A stretch of 33,000 nt of DNA. Origin: Octopus sinensis. Its lineage: Eukaryota. Every line of letters begins with the position of its first letter. Within the stretch, counting starts at the first letter, position 1. The stretch lies in assembly GCF_006345805.1 (NCBI RefSeq), contig NW_021833731.1:31001-64000 (forward strand), written 5' to 3'. A program made the translations under genes and the position numbers. Positions 22,107 through 33,000 of this stretch are shown here, piece after piece. The notes beneath the pieces were generated by a model. That model saw only the letters and a program-made list of their open reading frames with translations, had not been told where the DNA came from and did no database searches.

Positions 22107-23707
22107 TACTCCACTTACTCTCTCTTTACTAATCTCATTCAACAACCTACTCCTTTTAGATCCATCGGGTGCCTGTCAGTCACTTAGTTTGTTCATGACA
22201 GTCCTGTTCACACGTCCCTTCACATTAACGCTTAGAAAATGCGAATGCTGTCAAATGTTTTGCGAAGCTGTGTATAGTTGCTTTTTCTATTCAAGGAACT
22301 CTTGGTGACCCTCTTACTATTACGTCAACACCTGATAATTCCCAATTGTCGACAGGCATATACAACAAATTCATCCGAGAACATTAAACGCTGTGTTACA
22401 TACTAAATGACTATGGTTTATTTTACAGGTCATCTCTTTGACTTTGGCGACACTCAGTAGACTTGGTCCCCTGGGGTTGTCATGTTGAGTAATATGACGA
22501 ATGGATGTGTTTGAGGGAGTGTAGGGACAATATGTTCCCCCAATGGAGTACAACAGAAGTAGGGCCAATTAATTCCCTTGGTTAAGCGCAACAGATCGCA
22601 GTTTTCTTTGGTTAGGTGACCACTATCTCACTATGTAAGGTAGGTTAGTGACCTTTATTTGTGGCTTTTCGCAAGCCATTTTTTACTGGTGTAAACGTAT
22701 TTCACTACATTAAGCAAAGAGTTTAGAGCTTAATTTAGTCAGCAATGCCAATTTGGCAGAGATAGCGACAGATACAGATTACGACAAATATGAGCTCCTT
22801 TTCTGAGCTCCATTGACAATATTGATATATTTTCTGTCAATGAACGACTGATGATTAGTGTAAAATGCAGTATCTAATGATTTGTTGGAGGTTCTGGTAG
22901 ATACTACAATAAATAGTTAAGTTTGATCGGAAACACAAATGAGTAATTATTGAAGAAAGTTATAGGCTGGAAGATGTATTCGTGCAATGTGCTTTCCACC
23001 GAATTATTATTGAATAACCTCACAAATTTTCTTATTTACAGAAATCTTATGAATATGAGTTAGCCAATTTTTGTTCAATTTATAAATGATTTATTTACGG
23101 ATTTTATAGAAGTATCCAGTCGAAACTCAAAATGCTTCAGAGATTGTCCAGGATGAGTTTGGCAATGAAAATAGAGTGTTTGTTGTGGAATACTCCTTTG
23201 GTGTCGCCACGGACTGTTCCGCCATTTCTATTGTCTTGTGATGCATCTCCTTCACTTCACAGTGAAAAACCGCCAAGTTGAAGAAAGGCCCTAGTCGGTT
23301 GAGGTTGTCGGGCTGCAGAGAGAACAGAGACAATTAATGTGCTTACGAATAGGCCTCTAAGATTTGTATCACCTCCTCTACACATGTAAAATAAGAGACT
23401 TTCTTGGTGGGTCGACTATTTCCGTATTGTAGCATAGATGGTCGTCGACTGTTTTGTAGTATTACACCCTAATCTCGGGTGAGTGAGATTGGTGGGGCAG
23501 TCCAACACAATACTGCAAACTTCTTCCCTCTCCTTCTCAATCATTCCATTTATCAGACATCTCGTCAATCGATTTCAGCAGTCGGTGCGACGTAGGTGGC
23601 ATCCAATCCGTGTTTTGTAGGTAATTGAAACCAGGCATTTCTCCTCTTGCTCAATTCTCTACAATTCCTTTGTTAATCATCTTGACTGCTTCCGAAACAG
23701 AAACCAC

Positions 23708-23840
23708 TGCGACACCGCTTGCCTAAAATTTTTTCTTATATGCTATCCGTGGATTAGCACTGCTTGGATGGACGTAAATAATACACAATCTCCCTCTGCT
23801 TTAATAAATGTGGCATTCCAGTAAAAATATATGATTTAAA
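23708..23840 (+). repeat. Direct repeat copy A (~130 bp), upstream of LRR paralogue 2
   Basis: TGCGACACC.CTTGCC..AAATT...GCTTGGATGGA...ACACAATCT.CC.CTGCTTTAATAA.TGTGGCATTCC.GTAAAAAT matches 25186-25316. Confidence 0.85.
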
Positions 23841-24317
23841 CGACAATCATGAAAAAAATAGTGTTCTATCTTTTTGTGAATAGGGACGGAGTAGGTTTAA
23901 AAGTATTACAAAGTGTTCTATCTCCTATATCGAAAGATTATTTGTTCAAGGCCCGACGAGAACATACATTCTGGCACTTGTAATGAAAAATAGAAAGCAT
24001 CGTTCTGGAACATAGGAATGGGAATTAATATGCCTAATAAAGAAGTCATCACGGCAGTTGTTTGCAATGACAAACTAATAATGCGAAAACCCCAGATGAA
24101 ACAAATTGACAAATTATAAATGACTCTGAGCATGAAAGTAAATGTGGAAATAATGAGTTATGGAGTCCCCTCAAGATGAGAAAAATTTCCAAAAACTAGG
24201 ATCAATAATTACTTGATTTCTTATTATTTTCGGTTTTGGATTTAGTTAATAAAATTTTTAATTTATTTGTTGTCTAACCAATGAGTTATTCACAATAAAA
24301 TATTAGTTTTAATTAGA

Positions 24318-25118
24318 ATGCTTTCACTTGTCCTAGTTTTGGTTGACTTAGTGGTCCAAAGTGACTGTGACTTAACAAAACGGTTTTTGAAAAATTGCTT
24401 ATTTGAATTAGAGATTTGCAAAACTGTGAATTTAATGGAGCAAATGCTGCAGAACATAACACAATAATTGTAATTTCTAGAAACGTTATATTTCCAAATG
24501 GAGAAATATTCGCGAATTTAACAAACTTGGAGGATTTGTAATCAACATTTTATTAATACTAGTTACTGTAATGGAGACTCGTTAAAGAGAATACTAAACA
24601 ACTCATTTGACGGGTTGATTCACCTACGCTATATGTACATTCAAATATTTTGAATCATTAGATCACTGTATTCCTGTAGTGACCTTCGTTACGTGAACGT
24701 AGATGCCTTTGCACGTCTAGTCGCATTATCAACTCTGTACAAATCTTATTCTAACATTAAAGTTACATGCCATTAAATGCCATTTTCCAGAGGCCAAAAA
24801 TCAGTCGTCCCCTCGGCATGGGGTATTTTAACTTACTGACTTTGTAGTATTATTGACGGCCAGAAAATGTGCATATTCACAAATGGGTCCCAACCCATAA
24901 TGTATACTTATATATTCAAATATAAGGATTACGACAGTGACGAAATATCTAGCTATCGAATTAACTGATAAAAATGTAGAAATGAATCCACGTACAACTC
25001 CAGACGCAACACTAATCACTGAGGAAGCCTATGGTGTGTTATTTTACTCACAATAGATTGCAACCTCTGCCGATATCCCGCATCAAGCAATCTTCTATGC
25101 GGAAGGGATTGTGCTTAA
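24318..25118 (+). CDS. Secreted LRR + Cys-rich protein, paralogue 2 (~200-205 aa, 8 exons)
   Basis: Same exon/intron layout as 7910-8715: MLSLVLVLVDLVVQSDCDLTKR..IFANLTNLEDFYCNGDSLKRILNNSFDGLIHLRYISLYSCSDLRYVNVDAFARLVALSTL...DCNLCRYPASSNLLCGRDCA*. The homologous intron-6 acceptor is AA (24963-24964), but in-frame AGs lie at 24952 and 24979. Confidence 0.75.
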
Positions 25119-25185
25119 TTTAAATATTCAATGTCATTAATTAACTAACCTAATTATTCATTATAATATTTCCTTGTTCCTCTTT

Positions 25186-25316
25186 TGCGACACCACTTGC
25201 CAGAAATTCTTTTTTAGATGCTATTCATGAATTGGCACAGCTTGGATGGATGTGAAATAAAACACAATCTTCCCCTGCTTTAATAAGTGTGGCATTCCTG
25301 TAAAAATGTAATTTAA
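25186..25316 (+). repeat. Direct repeat copy B (~130 bp), downstream of LRR paralogue 2
   Basis: Diverged direct copy of 23708-23840, offset by ~1478 bp. Confidence 0.85.
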
Positions 25317-25318
25317 TG

Positions 25319-25675
25319 CGCTCTACGCCCTGCTTCCCCGAACAAGAATACTTATTTCGCCTTGATAATCTGGTTTCCAAAGCCCTTGTGCAGTTTTAAT
25401 GATATTTACTGGTGATAAAATTCAAATCTAATGATATTCTGCGTGCTAATTTGCCCATCCGTTATGGGGGCATCGGTATTCGCTCTTGCCGTGATTTATC
25501 CCTCCCGTGTTATCTATCATCGTTGTCCGCTTCCACTAATTTCGTCAACTCTGTTCTTTTTCCCTCTTCTGAACAGTGCGAGTTGTTAGAATATGCGGCT
25601 GGTGTCAGCGTGTGGGTTTCTCGGGGGCTTAAAGTCCCGGACATTCCGTCGGCTCAAAGGAACTGGGACAACATA
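25319..25675 (+). pseudogene. Non-LTR retrotransposon fragment (post-RT region, CRE/SLACS-like)
   Basis: RSTPCF..LFRLDNL..RANLPIRYGGIGIRS..DLSLPCYLSS...QRNWDNI resembles the LLRxxP..FD..ASLPxxxGGLGIR..W motif run of CRE-type elements. It is cut off by the Tigger insertion at 25676. Confidence 0.7.
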
Positions 25676-27469
25676 CAGTAGACTATCCATTTAACGAAAA
25701 AAAATTTAACGAAAATATTCATTTTACGAAAGTCAAAATATTTTTTTACGTTTTTCCTTAGATAAATTCAAAAATAAAATTTTTTTTTCTTTGTATTAGT
25801 GAATATTTAAATATATTTAACGAATATTTAAATAACGAAAATTAAAATTTTTGATAAAATTTTAAAATAATTTTTCCTCGCTATTTCTTTGTAGTAAACC
25901 ATGTGTGCAAGGGTGAACAATATGAAGAAAAAAAGAAAAACTTATCAAATTCAACAAAAACTGGAAGTTATTGATTTCAAGAAGAATAATCCTGCTGTTA
26001 CTCAAGAAAAATTGGCTCAGCGGTTTAATATGCCTATTGGAGTGATCAATTCAACGTTGACGAAAATGCAATTGTATGGATCAAGGCGTCACAAACAAAA
26101 AAAGAATATTACATTTAAAAGTTGTACTGATAAGATATATGAACCACTATATGCATGGATTCAGAACAAACGTTTCTGTAATCACACCATAACTAATGAA
26201 ATGGTACGCGAAATGGCACTCAAAATTGCTCAACGATTTTATATTGAAAATTTCAAAGCATCTCATCCATGGATTTCACGCTTTAAGGAAGAGTATAAAA
26301 TAAAAACACTCACGATTTCTGGAGAAGAACAATTAGTTGATCCCGTTTTGCTTATAGATTCATATGAACGCTTTGCAGCCATGTTAAAAAAATATGGATC
26401 GAAAAATTTTTACAACTGCGATGAAACTGCCCTTTTTTTCAAATGTACTCCAAAAAAACATTAGTTCTTGACTCTGAATCAAGGGCTTCAGGAAAATTTT
26501 CTAAAGAACGAATAACACTGTTATTATGCACAAATATGGAAGGAGATAAAGAGCATCCGTTGGTAATCGGAAAATTCAAAAATCCTCATGGTTTTAAAAA
26601 TATTAATATGAATAATCTTGGGATTCAATATGCAAATAGCAATAAATCTTGGATGACCAGTTTAATTTTTAAAAACTGGGTTGAACGGTTAAATTCCAAA
26701 ATGAGTATGGAAAATAGAAAGATTTTACTTCTTTTAGATAATGCGCCAGTTCACTATTTTGATGGCGAATTCAGTAATATCGAATTGTATTTTCTTCCTC
26801 CAAAGACAACATCTAAGATTCAACCAATTGATCAAGGGATTGTGCATTCATTTAAATCGTTGTATAAAAAAGGAATGACTAGAAATTTGAGTATGGGAAC
26901 AAATATAGGAACATTGTCATATACAGATGAACTTACCAAATTCAAATTAGTGAATGCTCTACCTTTAATTATTGAGGCTTGGAACGAAGTCACAGTGGAC
27001 ACTATCAAAAATTGCTTTAACAAGGCATTAAATAATTGGGCGAAGATAGATGAAAAAATACTTGAAGAATCCACTGACGAAAAAGGTATTAAATTTAAAT
27101 CACCTTACAATTAAAGATAATAAAAGTGAAATTATGATTGAGTTTCCTGTCTGTGCACCTGTCGTCTGCGAAGAAAACGCGTATCTTGATACAATACAAT
27201 GTGAGGAAGAAAATGAGCATGAAGAAATAGATAGCACAAATGACAATCCCATTGGTTATGCAGATGCACTTAAATATTTGGAAAATATTGAAAAATATTT
27301 TTTGCAAGAATCTGGTGAACATATTCACCTAATTACAAATTTGAGAAATATATTGGCAAAAATTAAAAAGAAGGAACCTAAAATTACCGATTACATGACA
27401 CATTTTTAATTAAACAATTTTTTTCATTAAATTCTCAATTTTCATTTTCGTTAAATGAATAGTCTACTG
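25676..27469 (+). mobile_element. Full-length pogo/Tigger transposon with TIRs and TA target-site duplication; near-intact transposase (25901-27409)
   Basis: The left end is TA|CAGTAGACTATCCATTTAACGAAAA; the right end is its reverse complement with 1 mismatch in 25 bp, followed by TA. The transposase has HTH, YNCDETALFF, KERITLLLC, SWMTS, LLLDNAPVH and IQPIDQGIV. It has one frameshift in an A7 run (~26452-26458) and a 31-nt GT-AG intron at 27086-27116. Confidence 0.95.
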
Positions 27470-28058
27470 TATTTGTATTTAAAGAGTTATAACAAGAATC
27501 AAGTCTACGGTTTGAATCACCAGCGATTAAAAAAAACTTTTAATCCAGTATTCTTCCTCAAGTCCTCAATAAACAACTAGATAGAAAAAATGCAGAAATC
27601 CAAATCTATTCGTTCTCGATGTAATGTAATGTAGATAACCAAAAACGGTGAATAGTCTTTGATTCTTTTGTTCTTTGACTATCCTTTCACAATGCAGTTT
27701 CATGGATTCAAAATCATTTGAGGCAATTACCAATATTTTTTTCCATCAGATTGTTTAGAATATAGCACACATATCATTAGATTTGATAGTAGAGTGCCTT
27801 CCTGGAACGAAAATTTCACCACGGGGACGAGTTTTAATGGTTCTTTTCCGGTGGGCATTAGGTGCCCCATTGACGTTTCGAAATACGTTCGAATTGCGAG
27901 ATTCAAGCGAGTTGGTAAACCACATAACGCCACGTCTTGGATTTAATAGTACCTCAAGAATTTACGAAATTTCTACATTTTTTGAAAAAAACGAAATTTT
28001 TTTAGTCTTAAAAATCTTCTGGTATTGTATTATTTATTAAAAATCAAATTAATAAATA

Positions 28059-29651
28059 CACTCAACCCTCTCAAATTGGCCATTTTTAACAATTTACTTC
28101 TGAAAAATTAAAAAACTCTGCAAAATAGCCAATTGTCAAATAACCCTAACCCATTTTTCTTGTCAGCATTTGGCCGAAAAATTTATTTTGTTTAATAAAA
28201 AATTTTTCGAAAAACAATCAACAACATTCTATCGACAACATTTTTTCATCGTCGTCTCAGGCCGATCATGCGGGCAGGATCGAACCTTTCAGAAGGATCT
28301 CCCTCGTTTGGATCGGCGATCACGGGAATAACTATAATTAACTGGCTTTGCCCGTGTTTGGTCTTTAATAAATAATAATAATAATCGAAAAAGATTCTCT
28401 TCTCAAAGGTAGCAAAAACAAAATCTAGCCTCAAAAAGTATCAAATCTTAAGTTTCCTGAACTTGATGCAAAATTGGTTGATTGCATGGATTTGATTCAG
28501 CATCGAGGTATTTAGGGTCTAATATTTAGGCAATTTTCTTAATGATGCTTTAATTTTTATTAAGGCTATGTTTTTAGCGCAACAACTTAAATTAGTAAAT
28601 TTTAAAAACTCAAATGGTTTATTGGAAAAATTTTAAAGACGGCATGGATTTCGAATGCGAAAATTGCATCGCGAAATGAAAACAGACGTTGAAATCGAGT
28701 CATTCTTTCTAAATTTCGTAAAGTTTCACAGAAATACAATGATGATCAAATTTACAACTTAGATGAAACTTGATTGTTTTATAAAATTATTTTTCAAAAT
28801 TCATTTGTTTTAACCGATTTAAAAGTTACAAAAATTTCAGGATCGTATTGCATAATGCTTTCCACGAATATGAGTGGAACTCACAAATTAAAACCTGTGA
28901 TGATATCAAAACCCAAAAAACCCAGATGTTTCAATAACCACAATTACGATCATTTATTGTATATTATGATGGGAAAATCTTCATAGATTGGCTAATAAAC
29001 TTTGATTTAAATCTAAAATACAGAAAAAACAAATTTTACTTATTCGGGATAATTGTCCTTCCCATTGCATACCAAAAAATTTGTCTAATATTGAAATCAT
29101 GTTTATATTGCAAAATAGTACAGTCTTGGTCCAGCCAATGGACCTGGGAATCATAAAAAATTGTAAAACGCTTTTCAATAAGCACAAACCTGCATATTTG
29201 AACATCAAGAAATATCCGTTTATAGTTCATATAAAAACCTCACATTAAAGGATGTTGTGATATTTGTTAAAATGGCATAGGAAGATGTATCCCAACATAC
29301 CATTTCAAATTGTTTCGGAATTCTAAATAATGATAACGTGAAAAATAAATCAGAAGATAGCATACCAATAGAAAGGACAGATATTTTTATCCGTTGGATA
29401 TTGAAGAATTTCTTGCATATGAATATGCAGAAAATGACACAATAGAAGAGATGGAAAATTGCGGAAACATTGAAGATGAAAATGATGAAAATATAAATGA
29501 TCTTAATATTTTTTTAATTTTCTTTAATTTAACAAAATATGCTAACTGAAGACACATTAAAGTAGTTTCTTTGAAAAATTATCGATTTTATTCTCTAATT
29601 GGCCAACAAAATTGAAGGAATCACAAATGGCCAATTTGAGAGGGTTGAGTG
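28059..29651 (+). mobile_element. Second full-length pogo/Tigger-family element with a decayed transposase
   Basis: Perfect 27-bp TIRs (CACTCAACCCTCTCAAATTGGCCATTT) flanked by TA on both sides. Remnant motifs are SNGLLEKF, YNLDET, NMSGTHKLKPVMI.KPKKPRCF, DNCPSH and QPMDLGIIK, with many stops. Confidence 0.92.
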
Positions 29652-31445
29652 TATTGAATCTATTTTACTATGTTTAAGCTGGAATTACTATTCTTTAATG
29701 AAAATATGTGTGTAAGGACATTGACTTTTGTTTTGATCTGCCTCTCTTTTATTTGTCGGGTTTAAAATTCACACTATAATCAGTTTTCGTGATTAAAAAC
29801 ATCTTTCCATACCGTTTACAGTAATCTCAAAGTTGGGATTAACGCCAATTACCTCTCGATTTCGGAATTCAAAAAACCCAATTTAAAAAAAATTATCGGA
29901 ATCTTTTAGATTGTTCTGAACAATCAATTTTTACAATTTTATCGAGAATTTGAAAAAACACTTCGCTTTTTGTTCCTAAACTTTCTGCATTCACATTTTG
30001 CGGATTTTGCTCTCATATCGATAATATATATATAAATAGTAATATTTTTGATTTATAATTAGTGAATTTTTGTGAACTTTGGAACAAAATCACAATCGTA
30101 GACGAATGCGAGATATTTGTGCGAAATTTTGTGTCTTTGATATCTATGATTTCAGATATTAAGTCAAATAAATTGTTCAGTTTATATGGGTTTGAAACTA
30201 AAGTTATTTTAATGTGTTGCATTTGATTGTGATTATCTCGAATAATTAATTTTTTTAGTTTTACAATGATTAATAATTTTTCAGAACAAAAAAGTCATTC
30301 GATCCAAATTTTTTTAAATTTGTCGCAATTCATAAAATAAACTAAATTTCAAATCTCATTTGAATTCGCCAAACAGTTTAAATTTGAATTTATTTTTTTA
30401 TTCTATCTGTAGTTACAATATCTCTAATTTATTGTCTCTCCTCGGATATTCGCTCGATTCATGAGTTTGTTTTTGAAATTTTTAGTGATTTAATTTTTGA
30501 TGATATCGAATGTGAGAGTTCTTTGAGAAAATTATTAAATTTTGTTTTGAGAAACGAGAAATAATCATCGATTGTTCAAAAAATTTTTATAATGTTTTTT
30601 TTTATAATAATTAATTATTTTAGTATTTGGCCGATTTGTTTGTAGAATCCAATTGTAAATTGACTGGTAAATATCAAATGCTTGCTACCACTGACTCATT
30701 AGATGAAATCAAATGTTTATTTGGTTACTATTGTAATTCATCAAATATACATTTTATTAAAGTTATCCTTAGTTGTTTACTTTGTAATGCAGTTGAGGTA
30801 GTATTATATTTTAATCTTTAGATGTTTAAATATTTTATTAGAACTTTCCAAAAAGTTATCAAAACAAATAATCATTTAAACAAGAATATTCGCAGAATTA
30901 TCCATTTGCTATTTGATAAGCTACATGGGAACCCCATACTGTATTAACTTCAAATTCATGATATGATTTGAGTGGTTTCCGGATTTACTTGGTATTTATA
31001 TGGTCGAGAAAATTGTTTTTGTCTAATAAATTCAGTTAACGTTAAATTCAGATGTTATTACTATTTTATTTGATACTTACGCTAATCACAAAATCCAATT
31101 TGTTGAAAAGCTTTTTTCGGTTTGGCTACGAATTCAAAATGAAGAAAAATCAACATTTGTCATGGCATTTTATGATTTTTTCACTCGGTGTGAATATTTA
31201 AAATATAAACAATAGTTTAATATTTCTTTGGAATTCTTTTTTAATCATTTAAATCCCTCAGAAAATAAGAGTCATGAGGATTCAAACATTCATCCTCGTT
31301 GAAGAAAGCAGAAGCGATCTATTTCAGACGATATATTTCCTATTTCACAAAGTCCTGAAGCATTCAAAGTTTCTCTTAAATTATTAGCGACGACTAAATC
31401 TTTGAATGATTCTAACTAATACATATGTCATAAAAATATTAATCA

Positions 31446-32420
31446 TTGGTCGAGGAAACGGCCCCTAGTCAAACTTTGATTCCAAAAGAGACCAAACTAA
31501 ACATTCGGAGTGCAATGGATGATTTCATAAAAATAATTTTGATAATAAATACTGGACTTGCTAAATATTTCGAAGAACGACCAGAAGTAAATGATTTTTT
31601 ATTTGAATTTTCAAAAATTGTCGACAAAATAATTCGATCGCTTGAAAATATTATCAAAATCATTCCAGAAGCTTCATTAAGCGCACAAAAAAATAAAAAA
31701 TATTTATCTTCCATCGAGAAAAAACTTACTGAAACTAGAAAAATGTTAACAAAAACTTCAAGTATGCTGACCATGAAGAAATGGGGTTCGGAAACTTCAC
31801 AATTGTTCAAAATTAACATCAAAAACACAGAATGCTTCAAAAAGATAACCACCGATTTTCAAAATCTGCTCGAGACTGTCCAAATAACCGAAGATCTCGC
31901 TCTATTTGGAGAAAATGAAGCAAGGATTGTTGATAAAATACGAATTGAGTTTAAAAAACAGTACACGGCACTTCAAAAAAATATTGAAAAAATGCAGGAG
32001 ATTCCGCTACTGTCTTCTAATCTCAGTCAAGAGTTCGTTGTGAGAAGAAAAAGGTCCTTCGCTAAAAATGACGTCTTGATCTCACAAATCCTAAAAAATA
32101 TGGACACGGAAATCAAAAAACTCACAAAACAAAAGAAAAAATCAATAAAACAAGGACATAAAAAAATTATCGCACAATTTGCAAATTTTAATTCAATGAT
32201 GTGCAATATGAAATCGGTTTTGGCCCTTCATAATGAAAGCCTCGACTTCAAAAATGTCTTCAACATGATTGAGGATATGATCACATTCATTAGCAGTCAA
32301 ATATCAAACACTTACAAGGCTGCCTGCTATTCATCAAATGAGGGGCCATGTGAGTTTTTTAATCGACTCGAAAATATTCTAAGTGACCTCAGAGGAATTT
32401 ATAATTCAAAATTTGTTTAA
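31446..32420 (+). CDS. Hypothetical all-helical/coiled-coil protein (~300-324 aa)
   Basis: 975-nt open frame in very AT-rich DNA, rich in K/E/I/L. The start is uncertain: either an internal ATG (MDDF) or ATG 31406 with a 28-nt intron at 31427-31454. No family recognised. Confidence 0.6.
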   Translation: MVEETAPSQTLIPKETKLNIRSAMDDFIKIILIINTGLAKYFEERPEVNDFLFEFSKIVDKIIRSLENIIKIIPEASLSAQKNKKYLSSIEKKLTETRKMLTKTSSMLTMKKWGSETSQLFKINIKNTECFKKITTDFQNLLETVQITEDLALFGENEARIVDKIRIEFKKQYTALQKNIEKMQEIPLLSSNLSQEFVVRRKRSFAKNDVLISQILKNMDTEIKKLTKQKKKSIKQGHKKIIAQFANFNSMMCNMKSVLALHNESLDFKNVFNMIEDMITFISSQISNTYKAACYSSNEGPCEFFNRLENILSDLRGIYNSKFV

Positions 32421-32559
32421 AATAATTGTTTTTAAATAATCAATTAAATAAATAATCAATCATCCAGACGAACTAAGAATGTTGACTATCTCCTTGAAAT
32501 AACTAAATAAAATAACAACCCTCAACTCACGTGTCAAAATTGTGAATTCGAGTTCCGCC

Positions 32560-33000
32560 CAAAATAACCTGAAAAGGCCAATTTTCTGATTCCAGGACTC
32601 CAGCCTCAGCATAGGTGACTCATGAATGACTGTTTTTGTTCAAGAAACTCCTCCCAGTATTTTAAATTGTGTTTCTTTTATTAAAGAATGAATAGTTGTG
32701 TTATACATAAAAGTGTTTCGTTTAATAAATTAAATCTAGTTTTTAAATTGAGTCTTCATTCATGAGCTCAGAAAGCGTCGTCAAGTAAATTGAAGTTGAA
32801 TTGTTTTCTCTAAACCCATCTTAAAACGCAGACATTGGGATTTCATCTCAATACAATCATCAAGCATCTCTTCCAAAGCTCTTGAAATCGAGCAAAGGAT
32901 AGAAATCGGTCTGTAAGAAAATGGCTCTTCTGCTGGCTTTCCCGCCTTCCGAATCGGTATTATGTGAGATGTCTTCAAATTTCAGGGATACAATTCGTGT
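32560..33000 (-). pseudogene. Jockey/I-like LINE reverse transcriptase remnant, cut by the window edge
   Basis: IIPIRKAGKP..SYRPISILCSISRALE matches RT domain 1-2; a degenerate AEAGV lies further downstream. Confidence 0.8.

Noticed and set aside
22640-23700. Degenerate LTR-retrotransposon integrase/RNase H
   Set aside because: Hints (KNGLRKATNK, PFLLSCDAS) fall on conflicting strands and cannot be assembled.
27540-28040. Gene next to the second Tigger
   Set aside because: Short open frames on both strands, with no recognisable motif or consistent splice model.
28255-28335. HDV-like ribozyme or tRNA in the GC island
   Set aside because: P1- and P2-like pairings exist, but there is no room for a valid P3/L3, and no cloverleaf can be drawn.
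29660-31300. Intron-split gene or additional pogo relic in the AT-rich tract
   Set aside because: A signal-peptide-like start (MCVRTLTFVLI) and an ILFDTYANH motif are visible, but the models need sub-20-nt introns or remain fragmentary.

Overview
AT-rich eukaryotic window: a mass of decayed and nested transposons (Helitron, hAT/Buster, three pogo/Tigger, three restriction-like-endonuclease non-LTR copies, other RT scraps) with host genes scattered between them. The ORF track largely misses these genes because they are cut up by about 40 ultra-short introns (22-31 nt). Manual splicing recovers importin-beta (15 introns, 801 aa), a rabenosyn-5/Vac1 orthologue, an orphan 5-exon gene, and a family of secreted LRR + Cys-rich proteins. 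That family has two apparently intact 8-exon paralogues and one pseudogene, and the exons look more diverged than the introns. Next to importin-beta lies a decayed NDUFA13 (complex I subunit) gene. Several host genes also show sharp G/C strand-skew reversals that affect introns and exons alike. The picture fits a genome-reduced, probably parasitic animal-like lineage (e.g. myxozoan or dicyemid), but the taxon cannot be fixed from this window. All gene models were derived by hand, without alignment tools or RNA data.
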